Translations under genes and position numbers: made by a program
Notes under the pieces: model-generated
Told to the model about the DNA's origin: nothing
What the model saw: only the letters and a program-made list of their open reading frames with translations
The model's database searches: none
NCBI GenBank assembly: GCA_965215885.1
Contig: CBDCEW010000103.1
Span: 128,001-192,000 of the forward strand
From: Candidatus Moanibacter sp.
GTDB taxonomy: Bacteria; Verrucomicrobiota; Verrucomicrobiia; Opitutales; UBA2987
Direction of reading: 5' to 3'
Length of the DNA: 64,000 nucleotides
Part shown: piece by piece, positions 53,390-62,835 of the stretch
How positions within the stretch are numbered: the first letter of the stretch is position 1
Layout of the letters: the number at the start of each line of letters is the position of its first letter

Positions 53390-54727
53390 CTAGCTCCAGG
53401 GAAACGGGCTATGCGATACGGGATGCAACCTGCCCTCTCGATAGCGGGAGAATCGAAACGGTTCGAGCAGCCTGCTCTTCTCCCCTAAGAGCTCGTCGGC
53501 TACGAGTTTTCCCACACCCAACATCTTATAACCGTGATTTGAATCCGCGATAATGTAGCAATTCTCCCGGAATACGTCGAAGACCGGAAAGCTGTCCGGT
53601 GTAAAACAACCCAGACCCCCGGAAGCCTCGTCGGACTTATAGAGCGGGTGCTTTCCCTTGAACCTCGCCTGACAGAAGGCTAGCGCGGAACACCACATCC
53701 TGGCGAATTCGTCTCCTGCCACATATTCCGGCGATTTCGGTCCATAAGGATCGACCTTCACCTCGTCCGGATCTCCCTCAACCTTATATGGCATCGCGCC
53801 TCCCTGCACTCCGCCGAAATTCAAATCGGGCTTATAGTAGACGCCCCACATCCCGTCCGAAATCCTCTCACCATCGATATCCGAATAGAGCGGTTCGTCC
53901 GCATCGAGATGAATCACCGGAGGCATCCCGCCGGCATTTGTCTGTTGGAAGTCGGGTTCGACACCGAGGGTTCCCTCCTGCAAACACCAATAGGTCCACA
54001 TCCGAACCCCCTCGTGCAGCGTTCCGTCGGCTAAAATTCCAATCTCTTTTGGAAGGTCGAGCATTTCCCAGATCGATTTAATCCAGGGGCCTACGCCGAT
54101 CACAACCGACTCCGTTTCAATCCTCCCAAGATTTGTCTCAACCGCCGTAACCGCACCCTCCGAGAAGTCAAGGCCCTCCACTCTTACACCCGTGAGAATT
54201 GCAACGCCCTCTCCTTTCGCCTTCTCGGCCAAACCCAACATCGACTCCCGATTGTTTGCGTACCCGCCCTTCTTTTCGTGAAGCACGGAAGTGATTCCCC
54301 TCGCCTCCCAATCGTGCAGAATCCCGCGCATGTAGCGCAGACACCGTTCCTCTCCCTCAATAAACTCGGAATCATAACCGATCGCCTGTTGCTGCTCATA
54401 GACGGAAGCGATATCGGCATGCATGGACTCAGGGCTGATCTGCATGTAACCGACCGGGTGGTAGCTGAATGCTTCGGGATCTGTCTCCCATACTTCTACA
54501 CTGTGGGCCATGAGTTCCCGCATGGCCGGTTGAAAGTAATTGTTGCGAATCACCCCACAGGCGATCCCCGACGCACCGGCCGCGACCCCCTCCTTGTCCA
54601 GAACGACTATGTCTCCCCCCGAACCGCGCCCCCGTGCCACAAGCTTAAGGGCCAGGTGATAAGCCGTGCTCAGACCGTGGATGCCGGCGCCGACAATAAC
54701 GTACTTGGAAGAGGTGGGGAGACTCAT
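53390..54727 (-). CDS. mgdA: FAD-dependent oxidoreductase, probable N-methylglutamate dehydrogenase subunit A
   Basis: VGAGIHGLS and GASGIACGVIRNNY (sarcosine oxidase beta-like), plus cluster context. Confidence 0.7.
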   Translation of the reverse strand: MSLPTSSKYVIVGAGIHGLSTAYHLALKLVARGRGSGGDIVVLDKEGVAAGASGIACGVIRNNYFQPAMRELMAHSVEVWETDPEAFSYHPVGYMQISPESMHADIASVYEQQQAIGYDSEFIEGEERCLRYMRGILHDWEARGITSVLHEKKGGYANNRESMLGLAEKAKGEGVAILTGVRVEGLDFSEGAVTAVETNLGRIETESVVIGVGPWIKSIWEMLDLPKEIGILADGTLHEGVRMWTYWCLQEGTLGVEPDFQQTNAGGMPPVIHLDADEPLYSDIDGERISDGMWGVYYKPDLNFGGVQGGAMPYKVEGDPDEVKVDPYGPKSPEYVAGDEFARMWCSALAFCQARFKGKHPLYKSDEASGGLGCFTPDSFPVFDVFRENCYIIADSNHGYKMLGVGKLVADELLGEKSRLLEPFRFSRYREGRLHPVSHSPFPWS

Positions 54728-54839
54728 TTACGAAAGAAAGCTCGATGATTTTTGACTATGTGCCCGAGGTCAGAACAATTCAATTTGAGAATATCCAATA
54801 TCGAATACTCAAGTCTCAATCATCAAGGAAGGAAGAACA

Positions 54840-55208
54840 ATGAAAGACACCAAGCACGAATACGATCTGGAAGATCGTCTCATCGAGTTCGCAGTTTCAA
54901 TGATCGATATTGTTGAAGCGCTACCAAACACCCGGACAGGGAACCACATCGCGGGGCAATTACTTCGATCCGGTACATCTCCTGCACCGAATTACGGAGA
55001 AGCGCAGGGCGCGGAATCAAGAAAAGACTTTATCCATAAACTAAAGGTCGTACTGAAAGAACTCAGGGAAACAAAGGTTTGGCTGCGGATAATTCTACGT
55101 AAATCGCTAATTCACCATGAGGCGCAAGTAAAGACAGGGCTTGAAGAATGCGTTGAGTTGATCCGCATCTTTTCCAAGAGCATAAAGACCGCGAAAAGAG
55201 AATTATAG
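54840..55208 (+). CDS. Four helix bundle protein (23S rRNA IVS protein-like)
   Basis: QLLRSGTSPAPNYGEAQGAESRKDFIHKLKVVLKELRET. Confidence 0.92.
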   Translation: MKDTKHEYDLEDRLIEFAVSMIDIVEALPNTRTGNHIAGQLLRSGTSPAPNYGEAQGAESRKDFIHKLKVVLKELRETKVWLRIILRKSLIHHEAQVKTGLEECVELIRIFSKSIKTAKREL

Positions 55209-55569
55209 TACGGGTGCAAAATCTCGATTCTCCTAAACTAGCACGTTGGAGCACCTTCTACAATCCTTCAAAATTCAACATCGAGAATTCAATATTGAGA
55301 ATTTTCCCCACCGCGTTAACCGCTTCGGTATTCACAGCCCCGTTTCACCGTGAGGGTAGGAAGCTCGCTCGCGAGCGATTCGGAAATGTCGGTGTTCCTT
55401 TCGGCCGCGAGCGGCCTTCCTACACCTGCCGATCCTCGAAAATCCAATCCGCGTTCTTTCGCCTATTTAGCGGGCAAACATTCCTCATGTTTTCGTATTT
55501 CCAGCTCACACACTCCGCTTATCGCAATCTCCCACACGGATCTTCAAGTCCCAATGGAAGGCCTTAATC

Positions 55570-55965
55570 TCAAAACTTCCCATACGCCTCTTTCAATTCT
55601 ACCAGCGGATGCCTTCTGGACATCTGAAACTTTACCAGAAATTCCCGTGCCAGCATGTCTCGATCCTGCTGATCATCGGGCAACTCCATATCCTCGGGAA
55701 ACCGCAACCATCCATTGATGTTGCGATCAAACACGGCAGGTTTCCCTTCCTCGTATCCCATATGCACGTCTTCGAGCCAGTTGAGATCCTGCCAACCCAT
55801 CGCGTCCATATACTTTTTCAGGAACGGCGTCAGCTTCTCATAGTTCGGCAGCAGATTTACGTCGTAGCGATAACCGATATGCTGGCCGATCTCTTTCTCC
55901 CGTTCCGTGTCGAGCCCGTCCGATTGAAGGTAATGATCTGCTTCTCTGTCCCCTTTTTGGTTCAT
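55570..55965 (-). CDS. Hypothetical protein of the methylamine cluster
   Basis: 131-aa acidic ORF co-oriented between mgsC and mgdA. Family not recognised. Confidence 0.7.
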   Translation of the reverse strand: MNQKGDREADHYLQSDGLDTEREKEIGQHIGYRYDVNLLPNYEKLTPFLKKYMDAMGWQDLNWLEDVHMGYEEGKPAVFDRNINGWLRFPEDMELPDDQQDRDMLAREFLVKFQMSRRHPLVELKEAYGKF

Positions 55966-56091
55966 TGCTTGATTCTACCGCCTACGGCTCACGCCGTGGG
56001 CTACGATTGTTACGCCGCTGACGCGGTTGATTATTCCAATGGCTTCACTCTTACACTATTTATTTCAGCGACCGACGGGAGCTGAGAAAAT

Positions 56092-57459
56092 CTAGAACCT
56101 CTTCATCTCCGAATGGCCGACAGTGTAGCGGGTGCCGGCCAGGGGCACCTCTGCCATCGCTGAAGCTTCCATTGTGAGCGCTGCTAAATCTTCCGGTTCC
56201 AGCGAATGAATGTTCGTCTTGCCGCAAGCCCTCGCCAACATCTGGCACTCGATCGTAAGGGTGTGCAGGAAGTTGAATACGCGCTCCGCCGCTTCGTCGG
56301 GGTTCAGGCGCTTCCGCAGTTCCGGATCCTGGGTAGCCACTCCCACAGGACACAGTCCCGTGTGACAATGATAACAGTATCCGGCAGGGACACCGACCGT
56401 CCCTTCATAGTCGGCTTCCTGGATGTCCTTGTTGCAATTGAGCGCAACCATCGCAGCTGTCCCGATCGCGATCGCATCCGCTCCAAGTGCCAGCGCTTTT
56501 GCCACGTCGCCGCCATGCCGGATCCCTCCGGCGTAAACGAGAGAAATCTCGCCCGACTTTCCAACGTCCTCAAGAGCATGTCTCGCCTGACGAATTGCCG
56601 CGATACCGGGTATGCCGGTCTCTTCCGTCGCCAGGTGCGGGCCCGCTCCCGTCGAACCCTCCATGCCATCGATGTAAATACTGTCAGGGCCCGTTTTGGC
56701 CGCCATGCGGACGTCGTCGTATACGCGGGCAGCACCCAGCTTGAGTTGTATCGGCACTTCTCCGTTGGTCGCCTCCCTGATCTCGTCGATCTTAAGAGCG
56801 AGATCATCCGGGCCCAGCCAATCCGGATGACGGGCCGGTGATCGCTGATCGATTCCCGCCGGCAATGATCGCATCTCTGCCACCTGATCGGTTACCTTCT
56901 GCCCCATCAGATGGCCGCCCAACCCAACTTTGCACCCCTGCCCGATGAAAAATTCCACCGCATCGGCTACCTGCAGATGATGCGGATTGAATCCGTAACG
57001 TGACTGGATGCACTGATAGAGCCATTTGCTCGAATAGCGGCGCTCGTCCGGGAGCATGCCACCTTCTCCGGAACAGGTTGCCGTCCCCGCCATCGTCGCC
57101 CCACGGGCTAACGCGACCTTCGCCTCGTAGGAAAGAGCGCCAAAGCTCATCCCCGTAATATAGATCGGAATGTCCAGCTCCAGAGGACGTTTAGCTTTGG
57201 GCCCCAATACCGTTTTTGTCTCACACTTCTCGCGATAACCTTCGATTACAAATCGGGTCAGCGTACCGGGCAGAAAAGTAAGGTCATCCCAGGAGGGTAT
57301 CTTCTTGAAGATCGCCATACCGCGCATGCGGTATCGGCCCATCTCCGCTTTAATATGGATATCGTCGATAACCTCGGGGGAAAAGAGATAGTTTCTACCC
57401 AGGACATGCTTATTCCGCTGTCTTCCGCCATCAGCTGCCGTGATATTTTCTACTGCCAT
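56092..57459 (-). CDS. mgsC: N-methylglutamate synthase FMN-binding subunit (GlxD-like)
   Basis: MSFGALS, SGEGG, GQGCKVGLGGHL, RSPARHPD and CYHCHTGLCPVGVATQ. Confidence 0.88.
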   Translation of the reverse strand: MAVENITAADGGRQRNKHVLGRNYLFSPEVIDDIHIKAEMGRYRMRGMAIFKKIPSWDDLTFLPGTLTRFVIEGYREKCETKTVLGPKAKRPLELDIPIYITGMSFGALSYEAKVALARGATMAGTATCSGEGGMLPDERRYSSKWLYQCIQSRYGFNPHHLQVADAVEFFIGQGCKVGLGGHLMGQKVTDQVAEMRSLPAGIDQRSPARHPDWLGPDDLALKIDEIREATNGEVPIQLKLGAARVYDDVRMAAKTGPDSIYIDGMEGSTGAGPHLATEETGIPGIAAIRQARHALEDVGKSGEISLVYAGGIRHGGDVAKALALGADAIAIGTAAMVALNCNKDIQEADYEGTVGVPAGYCYHCHTGLCPVGVATQDPELRKRLNPDEAAERVFNFLHTLTIECQMLARACGKTNIHSLEPEDLAALTMEASAMAEVPLAGTRYTVGHSEMKRF

Positions 57460-57514
57460 GACTCTCTCGTTACTTTATGTTTTCGTCCAAGGTAGAGTTC
57501 CTCTTTGCAATTTC

Positions 57515-57608
57515 TTGTCATTGCGAGGAGGAACGACGAAGCAATCCAGGATCCCGAAACGCTGAGAGGCTGGATTGCCACTCCCGCTCCGCGGGATCGC
57601 AATGACAA
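57515..57608. repeat. Palindromic REP/RPE-like element
   Basis: TTGTCATTGCGA..GCAATCCAG..CTGGATTGC..TCGCAATGACAA. Confidence 0.8.
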
Positions 57609-57657
57609 TGAGTGATGTGAACCCATCCGGTTAGACGCACTGTTAGTACCCCGAAAT

Positions 57658-58518
57658 TCACAATACGATCTTCTTCTCCGCCGGCTCCAGTTTATCGTAA
57701 TTCCACAGCCGTTTTCCGGATACGATTTTCTGTAGATTCATCACGCCGTTCGGCGCTTCGAGATTATACTGCGCCAGCTTTCGCTCCATCCAACTGATCT
57801 CGAGCTCAGTCAATTCTCCGGGCACGGCATCCACCCCCAACGATTTGATTCTTCCGCCGACGTAGATTGTGCCGTCATACATCGAATCGCCCAGATTCTC
57901 GTCCGCATCTCCCAATACGATCATGCGCCCCCGTTGCATCATAAAGCCGGAGAGTGTTCCGGTGCGACCGCCCACGATTATCGTGCCACCCTTCATATTA
58001 ATTCCGGTCCGGCTACCCACATCGCCTCGGCAGACTAGATCTCCCCCGCGAATGGCAGCCCCGAAACAGGAACCGGCGTTCTTCTCCACCAAGACGGTAC
58101 CCGACATCATATTCTCGGCGCAGGACCAGCCTACGCGTCCACTAATCCTAACGTTAGGCCCATCGAGCAATCCGACGCCGAAGTAACCGAGCGACCCTTC
58201 AAATTCGAGCGTCAAACGGTTCAATATGCCGACTCCCAGGGAGTGCCGAGCGTTGGGATTGCGCACCACAATGTGCCCGTATCCCTCCGACATCAAAGCG
58301 CGGATCCTCGCATTCACTTCGCTGAACGACAGATCGCCGGCATCGATTTCGGAGCGCTTTTTCAAATCGCCTTCAAAACTATCGGGATAGAAGAAATTCT
58401 CCTCCGTCTCCGGTGCAAAGAAGTGCTTATGTTCCCTTCCGGAAAGCGACTCATCGTGCATTCCCATTTCATGGGATCTGCCTGTCGTATTACTGTTCAT
58501 CTGTTTCAATTCTGCCAA
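57658..58518 (-). CDS. mgsB: N-methylglutamate synthase GXGXG subunit (GlxC-like)
   Basis: GXGXG beta-helix: AENMMSG, GINMKGGTIIVGG and LGDSMYDG. Confidence 0.85.
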   Translation of the reverse strand: MAELKQMNSNTTGRSHEMGMHDESLSGREHKHFFAPETEENFFYPDSFEGDLKKRSEIDAGDLSFSEVNARIRALMSEGYGHIVVRNPNARHSLGVGILNRLTLEFEGSLGYFGVGLLDGPNVRISGRVGWSCAENMMSGTVLVEKNAGSCFGAAIRGGDLVCRGDVGSRTGINMKGGTIIVGGRTGTLSGFMMQRGRMIVLGDADENLGDSMYDGTIYVGGRIKSLGVDAVPGELTELEISWMERKLAQYNLEAPNGVMNLQKIVSGKRLWNYDKLEPAEKKIVL

Positions 58519-59441
58519 ACTCGCACTTCTCCGGCATAGGGATCGGTTGTATCCACTTCAAACGGTATCACGGCACGAATGGCCACCTCCTCAGACGCTA
58601 TCGCGATGCAGTCGTCGGATTCGTAGAGCACCATCGGCTTGGCGGCCAGTGTATCTTTCGCCATCCCCAACCCATTTGAGGTAGCGACCACGTAGGTAAA
58701 CACCCCGTCAAGATCTTCGATCGAATCATTCAGCGCCGCCTCTAGAGAACCGCCCTTTTCGAGCTTATCCGCAACATACACGGCAATGAGCTCAGAATCG
58801 CAATCCGAGATAAACCGATGCCCCTCTCGCTCCATGTCCCTGCGCTTACTCCAGTAATTGGTCAACTGGCCGTTGTGGACCACCGAGATGTCGTTGAATG
58901 GATAGGCCCAATAGGGATGGGCGGAGCGAATATCGACATCCGATTCTGTCGCCATTCGCACATGCCCGATGGCATGCGAGCCTGAAAATCCACCAAGACC
59001 GTATTCCGCCGAGACGCTACGGGCATCTCCTAGATCTTTAATCAACTCGAGCCGGCTCCCGATCGAGAGAATCTTCACTCCTTCGATGTCCTCGATATAA
59101 TCGGCAAAGCGCCGCAGTTCGCCTCCGTATCTCACCCGGTACATACAGGCGTATTCTCTCGCCTCTTCGGTCGAGACAATTTCTCCGCCAAGCGACGATA
59201 TCCTTTTCTCAATCTCTGCTTTTCTCAACTTTATCTGTTCATGAATTTCGAATCCTTCCGCCAGCTTTTCCTGCTCCACTACGATAAGCCGCAAGACCAA
59301 CTCACCCTCCACCGCCGCTCCGTAAAAAGCAAATCCAGTCGAATCCGGCCCACGATGCTTCATCGCGTGGAGCATCGCCGTGATTTCTTCCCCAATGCAA
59401 CCGGTCTCTCCCCGGTGAATGATTCCTGCTATTCCACACAT
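58506..59441 (-). CDS. mgsA: N-methylglutamate synthase Ntn-amidotransferase subunit (GlxB-like)
   Basis: MCGIAG, HRGPDSTG, GHVRMATES, HNGQLTN and DSE. Confidence 0.87.
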   Translation of the reverse strand: MCGIAGIIHRGETGCIGEEITAMLHAMKHRGPDSTGFAFYGAAVEGELVLRLIVVEQEKLAEGFEIHEQIKLRKAEIEKRISSLGGEIVSTEEAREYACMYRVRYGGELRRFADYIEDIEGVKILSIGSRLELIKDLGDARSVSAEYGLGGFSGSHAIGHVRMATESDVDIRSAHPYWAYPFNDISVVHNGQLTNYWSKRRDMEREGHRFISDCDSELIAVYVADKLEKGGSLEAALNDSIEDLDGVFTYVVATSNGLGMAKDTLAAKPMVLYESDDCIAIASEEVAIRAVIPFEVDTTDPYAGEVRVWQN

Positions 59442-59446
59442 TTTTG

Positions 59447-59799
59447 TTTAGCTCCGAAATTGTTTAGCGTGATTGCTTATGGGTAAAGATCCTCGGGGCA
59501 AGCCCCGAGGCATTTGATATTAGACTTTATGAATTAGAAACGAAGCAAGCTTCGGGGAATTAAACCCGAAGCGATTAAAGTTCCTGCAGATTATTTCGCC
59601 GTTCGGGGTCATGTCCTTAAGAAGTGCCTGTTTTTCCGCTTCGCTGAAACGGTCAGGCCTTGCAAATCGACCTTCTCAAGCTCAGGGCAATTTGCTAAGG
59701 CGGCTGACCCCGAAAAATAGACACTTCTAAGGCTTGACCCCTTGCTTCGAACATCGAACTAAAGAATTTACAATCTCGCTAAACAATTTCGGAGTTAAA
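59447..59799. mobile_element. Nested MITE-like element filling the gmaS-mgsA gap
   Basis: 29-bp outer inverted repeats (2 mismatches). Inner IR GGGGTCA..AAGAAGTG / CACTTCTAAGGCTTGACCCC, plus short palindromes. Confidence 0.7.
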
Positions 59800-59808
59800 A
59801 AATAAAAA

Positions 59809-61302
59809 CTATGGCAGACAATCCCAGTAAGTCTCGAGGTCCCAATCGGTCACTGTCGATAGAAACCGTTCCCATTCATCCCGTTTGTAATGCATAAACA
59901 CCGTGTACATTTCGCCAGGAAGCGCACTCCTGATTACTTCGTTCTTCTCAAATTCGCCCAGCGCTGCTCCGAGATTGAGGGGAAGCTTCTTCACTTCCTT
60001 ACCCTCTTTGATCGCTTCGTAAATGTTGCGCTCTTCAGGTTCACCCGGGTCAAGGGAATCGTTGATCCCGTCTTCAAAGGCCTTAATCAGGCCGGACGTC
60101 AGCAGATAGGGGTTCACCATTGCATCGACGGTTCGATATTCAAAGCGCCCCGGCGCTGATACTCGTAGACTGCAGGTCCGATTCTGGTAGCCCCAATCGG
60201 CGTAAACGGGAGCCCAAAAGCCCTCCTCCCACAACCGTCGGTAGGAATTGACAGTCGAACAGCCGAGTGCCGCCAACGCCGGCAAATGTTTGATGAGTCC
60301 GCCGATGCAATTCAGCCCCACCGGACCCGGCTTCTTCTCGTCGGGTAGCGGCATAAAGAGATTTTCGCCCCCCTGGCGATGAAGAAAACTTCCCGCCATC
60401 CCAGGAAAGGCCTCATTCCCCAATGCCTTCTCCGTGTCTTCGCCACCTTTCCACAACGATATATTGGTATGACAACCCGAGCCCGACACACCCATGAAGG
60501 GCTTACACATGAAGCAGGCAATGATGTCGAATTCGCGAGCCACTTGTGCGCAAATCTGACGGTAGGTCGTCAGACGGTCACAAGTGCGCAGGGCCTCATC
60601 AAAAGTAAAGTTCAGTTCCAATTGCCCGGGCGCATCCTCATGGTCTCCCTGGATCATGTCCAAACCCATCGCTCTAGCGTACTCCATGACTTTCATGAAG
60701 ACCGGTCGAAGCGACTCAAACTGGTCGATGTGGTAGCAATACGGTTTGCTGTAACCTTCCGCCGGCTTTCCATCAGGCCCCTTCTTCAACCACATCATCT
60801 CCGGTTCCATGCCCTGCCTGAGATGCATTCCATCGTGAGCCCTTTGGAATTCCTCATGAATCCGCCGGAGATTACCCCGACAATCCGAAGTCAGGTAGTC
60901 ACCACCACTTTCTTCCTCCTCTCGATTTCGAAAGCAGGTACAAAAGACCCGTGCTACCCGCTTGTCCCAGGGCAATTGCACAAACGTCTCGGGATCCGGT
61001 ATCCCGATCAGTTCCCACGCCTCAGGACCGTACCCAATATAGTTACCGAGCCGGTCGATAAAGAGGTTTGCCGTCGCACCGTAAACGAGTTGAAAGCCAC
61101 GCTCGGCAATCTTTTCCCAGTGATCCGACGGCATGCCCTTACCGACGATCCGTCCCGTCACGGAGATAAACTGATAATAGATGTACTCAATGCCTAACAC
61201 CTCGATCTGTTTTCGAACCTCCCTCACCAGTTCGTCCCGACCATCCGCGTGGACATAGGCTTCCAGATCGGTCGCTCCCTCCTCATTTTTCAGACTAACC
61301 AT
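59809..61302 (-). CDS. gmaS: Glutamine synthetase-like, probable gamma-glutamylmethylamide synthetase
   Basis: GMEPEM, DHEDAPGQLELNF, MCKPF..GSGCH, NSYRRL and QNRT. Sits upstream of mgsABC. Confidence 0.85.
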   Translation of the reverse strand: MVSLKNEEGATDLEAYVHADGRDELVREVRKQIEVLGIEYIYYQFISVTGRIVGKGMPSDHWEKIAERGFQLVYGATANLFIDRLGNYIGYGPEAWELIGIPDPETFVQLPWDKRVARVFCTCFRNREEEESGGDYLTSDCRGNLRRIHEEFQRAHDGMHLRQGMEPEMMWLKKGPDGKPAEGYSKPYCYHIDQFESLRPVFMKVMEYARAMGLDMIQGDHEDAPGQLELNFTFDEALRTCDRLTTYRQICAQVAREFDIIACFMCKPFMGVSGSGCHTNISLWKGGEDTEKALGNEAFPGMAGSFLHRQGGENLFMPLPDEKKPGPVGLNCIGGLIKHLPALAALGCSTVNSYRRLWEEGFWAPVYADWGYQNRTCSLRVSAPGRFEYRTVDAMVNPYLLTSGLIKAFEDGINDSLDPGEPEERNIYEAIKEGKEVKKLPLNLGAALGEFEKNEVIRSALPGEMYTVFMHYKRDEWERFLSTVTDWDLETYWDCLP

Positions 61303-61689
61303 ATCGCGCTCCTTTCGATATTTAGCTTCTCACTCCCCGATTCCAAGATTCTTCGAGATTCCGAAACCTATGCGCAGAGATCGGATCAATGCAAGAGTTA
61401 GTCCGCCAATTTCGCGTCCCTGTTCAGCGCCATACTTCGCGTTGACGGCTCCACCGGTCCCGCTGAGCGCATAGGAGTCAACTTTAGCTCCGATTGCCAG
61501 TACTCGGAATGGCCGCAGAGTACCTTAACGGACCGTTCTGAGAAGTCCTGAAAGCTGCCCTGAAAGGGCATGGTAGTTAAGCCTCGGGTTTCAACCCGGG
61601 GTCGTGGTATTCTGCATACCTATGCGTATGCGCTCAGCGGGATGCAGGGGTGGCGCCGATTTTCGAAACTACAATCGAAGCCGCATATT

Positions 61690-61753
61690 GACCCTCCCCC
61701 TTACCGACGCTGGTAGGCGCGAGCGTCGGCCAGCGTCGGTAAGGGGGGAGGGG
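61690..61753. repeat. GC-rich inverted repeat
   Basis: CCCTCCCCCTTACCGACGCTGG ... CCAGCGTCGGTAAGGGGGAGGG. Confidence 0.7.
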
Positions 61754-62132
61754 AGAACGGCAGGGAGAGCTATTCGTTTAGCTCGAAATCCTAACAATCC
61801 CCGGCACAAGGCCCATAATTACGAAATTGGGTTGGAGAACCCAAAGTAAATGTTATTCAGGCACTTGCAAGATTCTATTGATTACATAGTATGCCAGAAT
61901 GGAGTTTCAACGATTGTTGTGTGTGGGTTCGTTAGAGGTAGAGAGCTTTTCCTGCAGGTTTGTTTTCAGTTAGAAACTTGTTGAGTATTAATCAGTTACA
62001 AAAGCGCTTTGAACGGGGAGTTGATTTCTGGTGGCAATTGAGTAGAAGCGAAGGGAGCTGGAGAAAGTTGGTATTGGCATTGTATGTAAAATAAAGTTTG
62101 CAGTTTTGCCTCCTTTCCATACTGTGCCGGTG

Positions 62133-62835
62133 CATGCAAGAAGAGCTTTCGCGTAAAGAGAGGGAGGTGGTCGAAGCGGTACGGCGGGATCGGGTAAGCA
62201 CGGTGTGGAGGCTGATGAAGGAGCAGAGGGTGTCGCGGCGAACGGTCTATCGGGCTTTGCAAAAATATGGCCATTACTCCAGTTACAATGCCAATTGTGG
62301 CTACCTGAGCTTGAAAGACATTCCGCGCTTTGACGGGGCCGGTTTGTGGCGTTTTCGCAAGGGGCGCTTTTCGCGCCACGGCACCTTGGAGGAGACCGTG
62401 GAGGCGGTGGTGGGAGCTTCGCTTTGCGGCTACACGGTGGCTGAGTTGGAGACCCTCCTTGGGGTACGGGTGCACAACCCCATAAGCGTGCTTTGTAGAA
62501 AGAAGCGGTTGAGTCGATACTATGAAGGGCGTCACTGCGTGTATGTCTCGGCCGGGGAACAGGGCGGGGCCGAACAGAAAAAGCGGCGGCAAGGGCGAAG
62601 AACAGCGGCACAAGTTCAGGCAGGGGACCCCGGGGGCGCTTTGCAGGCAGCTCCCGAAGGGCTCGAAACGATGGTCGTGATCGCTTTGCTGGTCGCCTGT
62701 ATCGGCCATCCCGAGGCCGGGGTCAAGGAGCTTGTCGAGCTTATGCAAGAGCAGGGAGTAGAGCTGAGCGGGGAGCAAATTGAGCGGGTGATGGCGTTTT
62801 ACTCGCTCAAAAAAAAACCGGACCGATCGCGGTAG
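62133..62835 (+). CDS. OrfA of a two-frame IS-like element (HTH DNA-binding)
   Basis: VSRRTVYRAL HTH and YSSYNANCGY. Ends with LKKK on an A9 tract. Confidence 0.7.

Noticed and set aside
57483..57648. attC-like GTTAGAC/GTTAG motifs
   Set aside because: No matching RYYYAAC core with proper pairing, no integron integrase and no cassette array.
61303..61560. Sigma-54 promoter or riboswitch upstream of gmaS
   Set aside because: The TGGCA near 61495 lacks GC at the required spacing, and no recognisable aptamer was seen.
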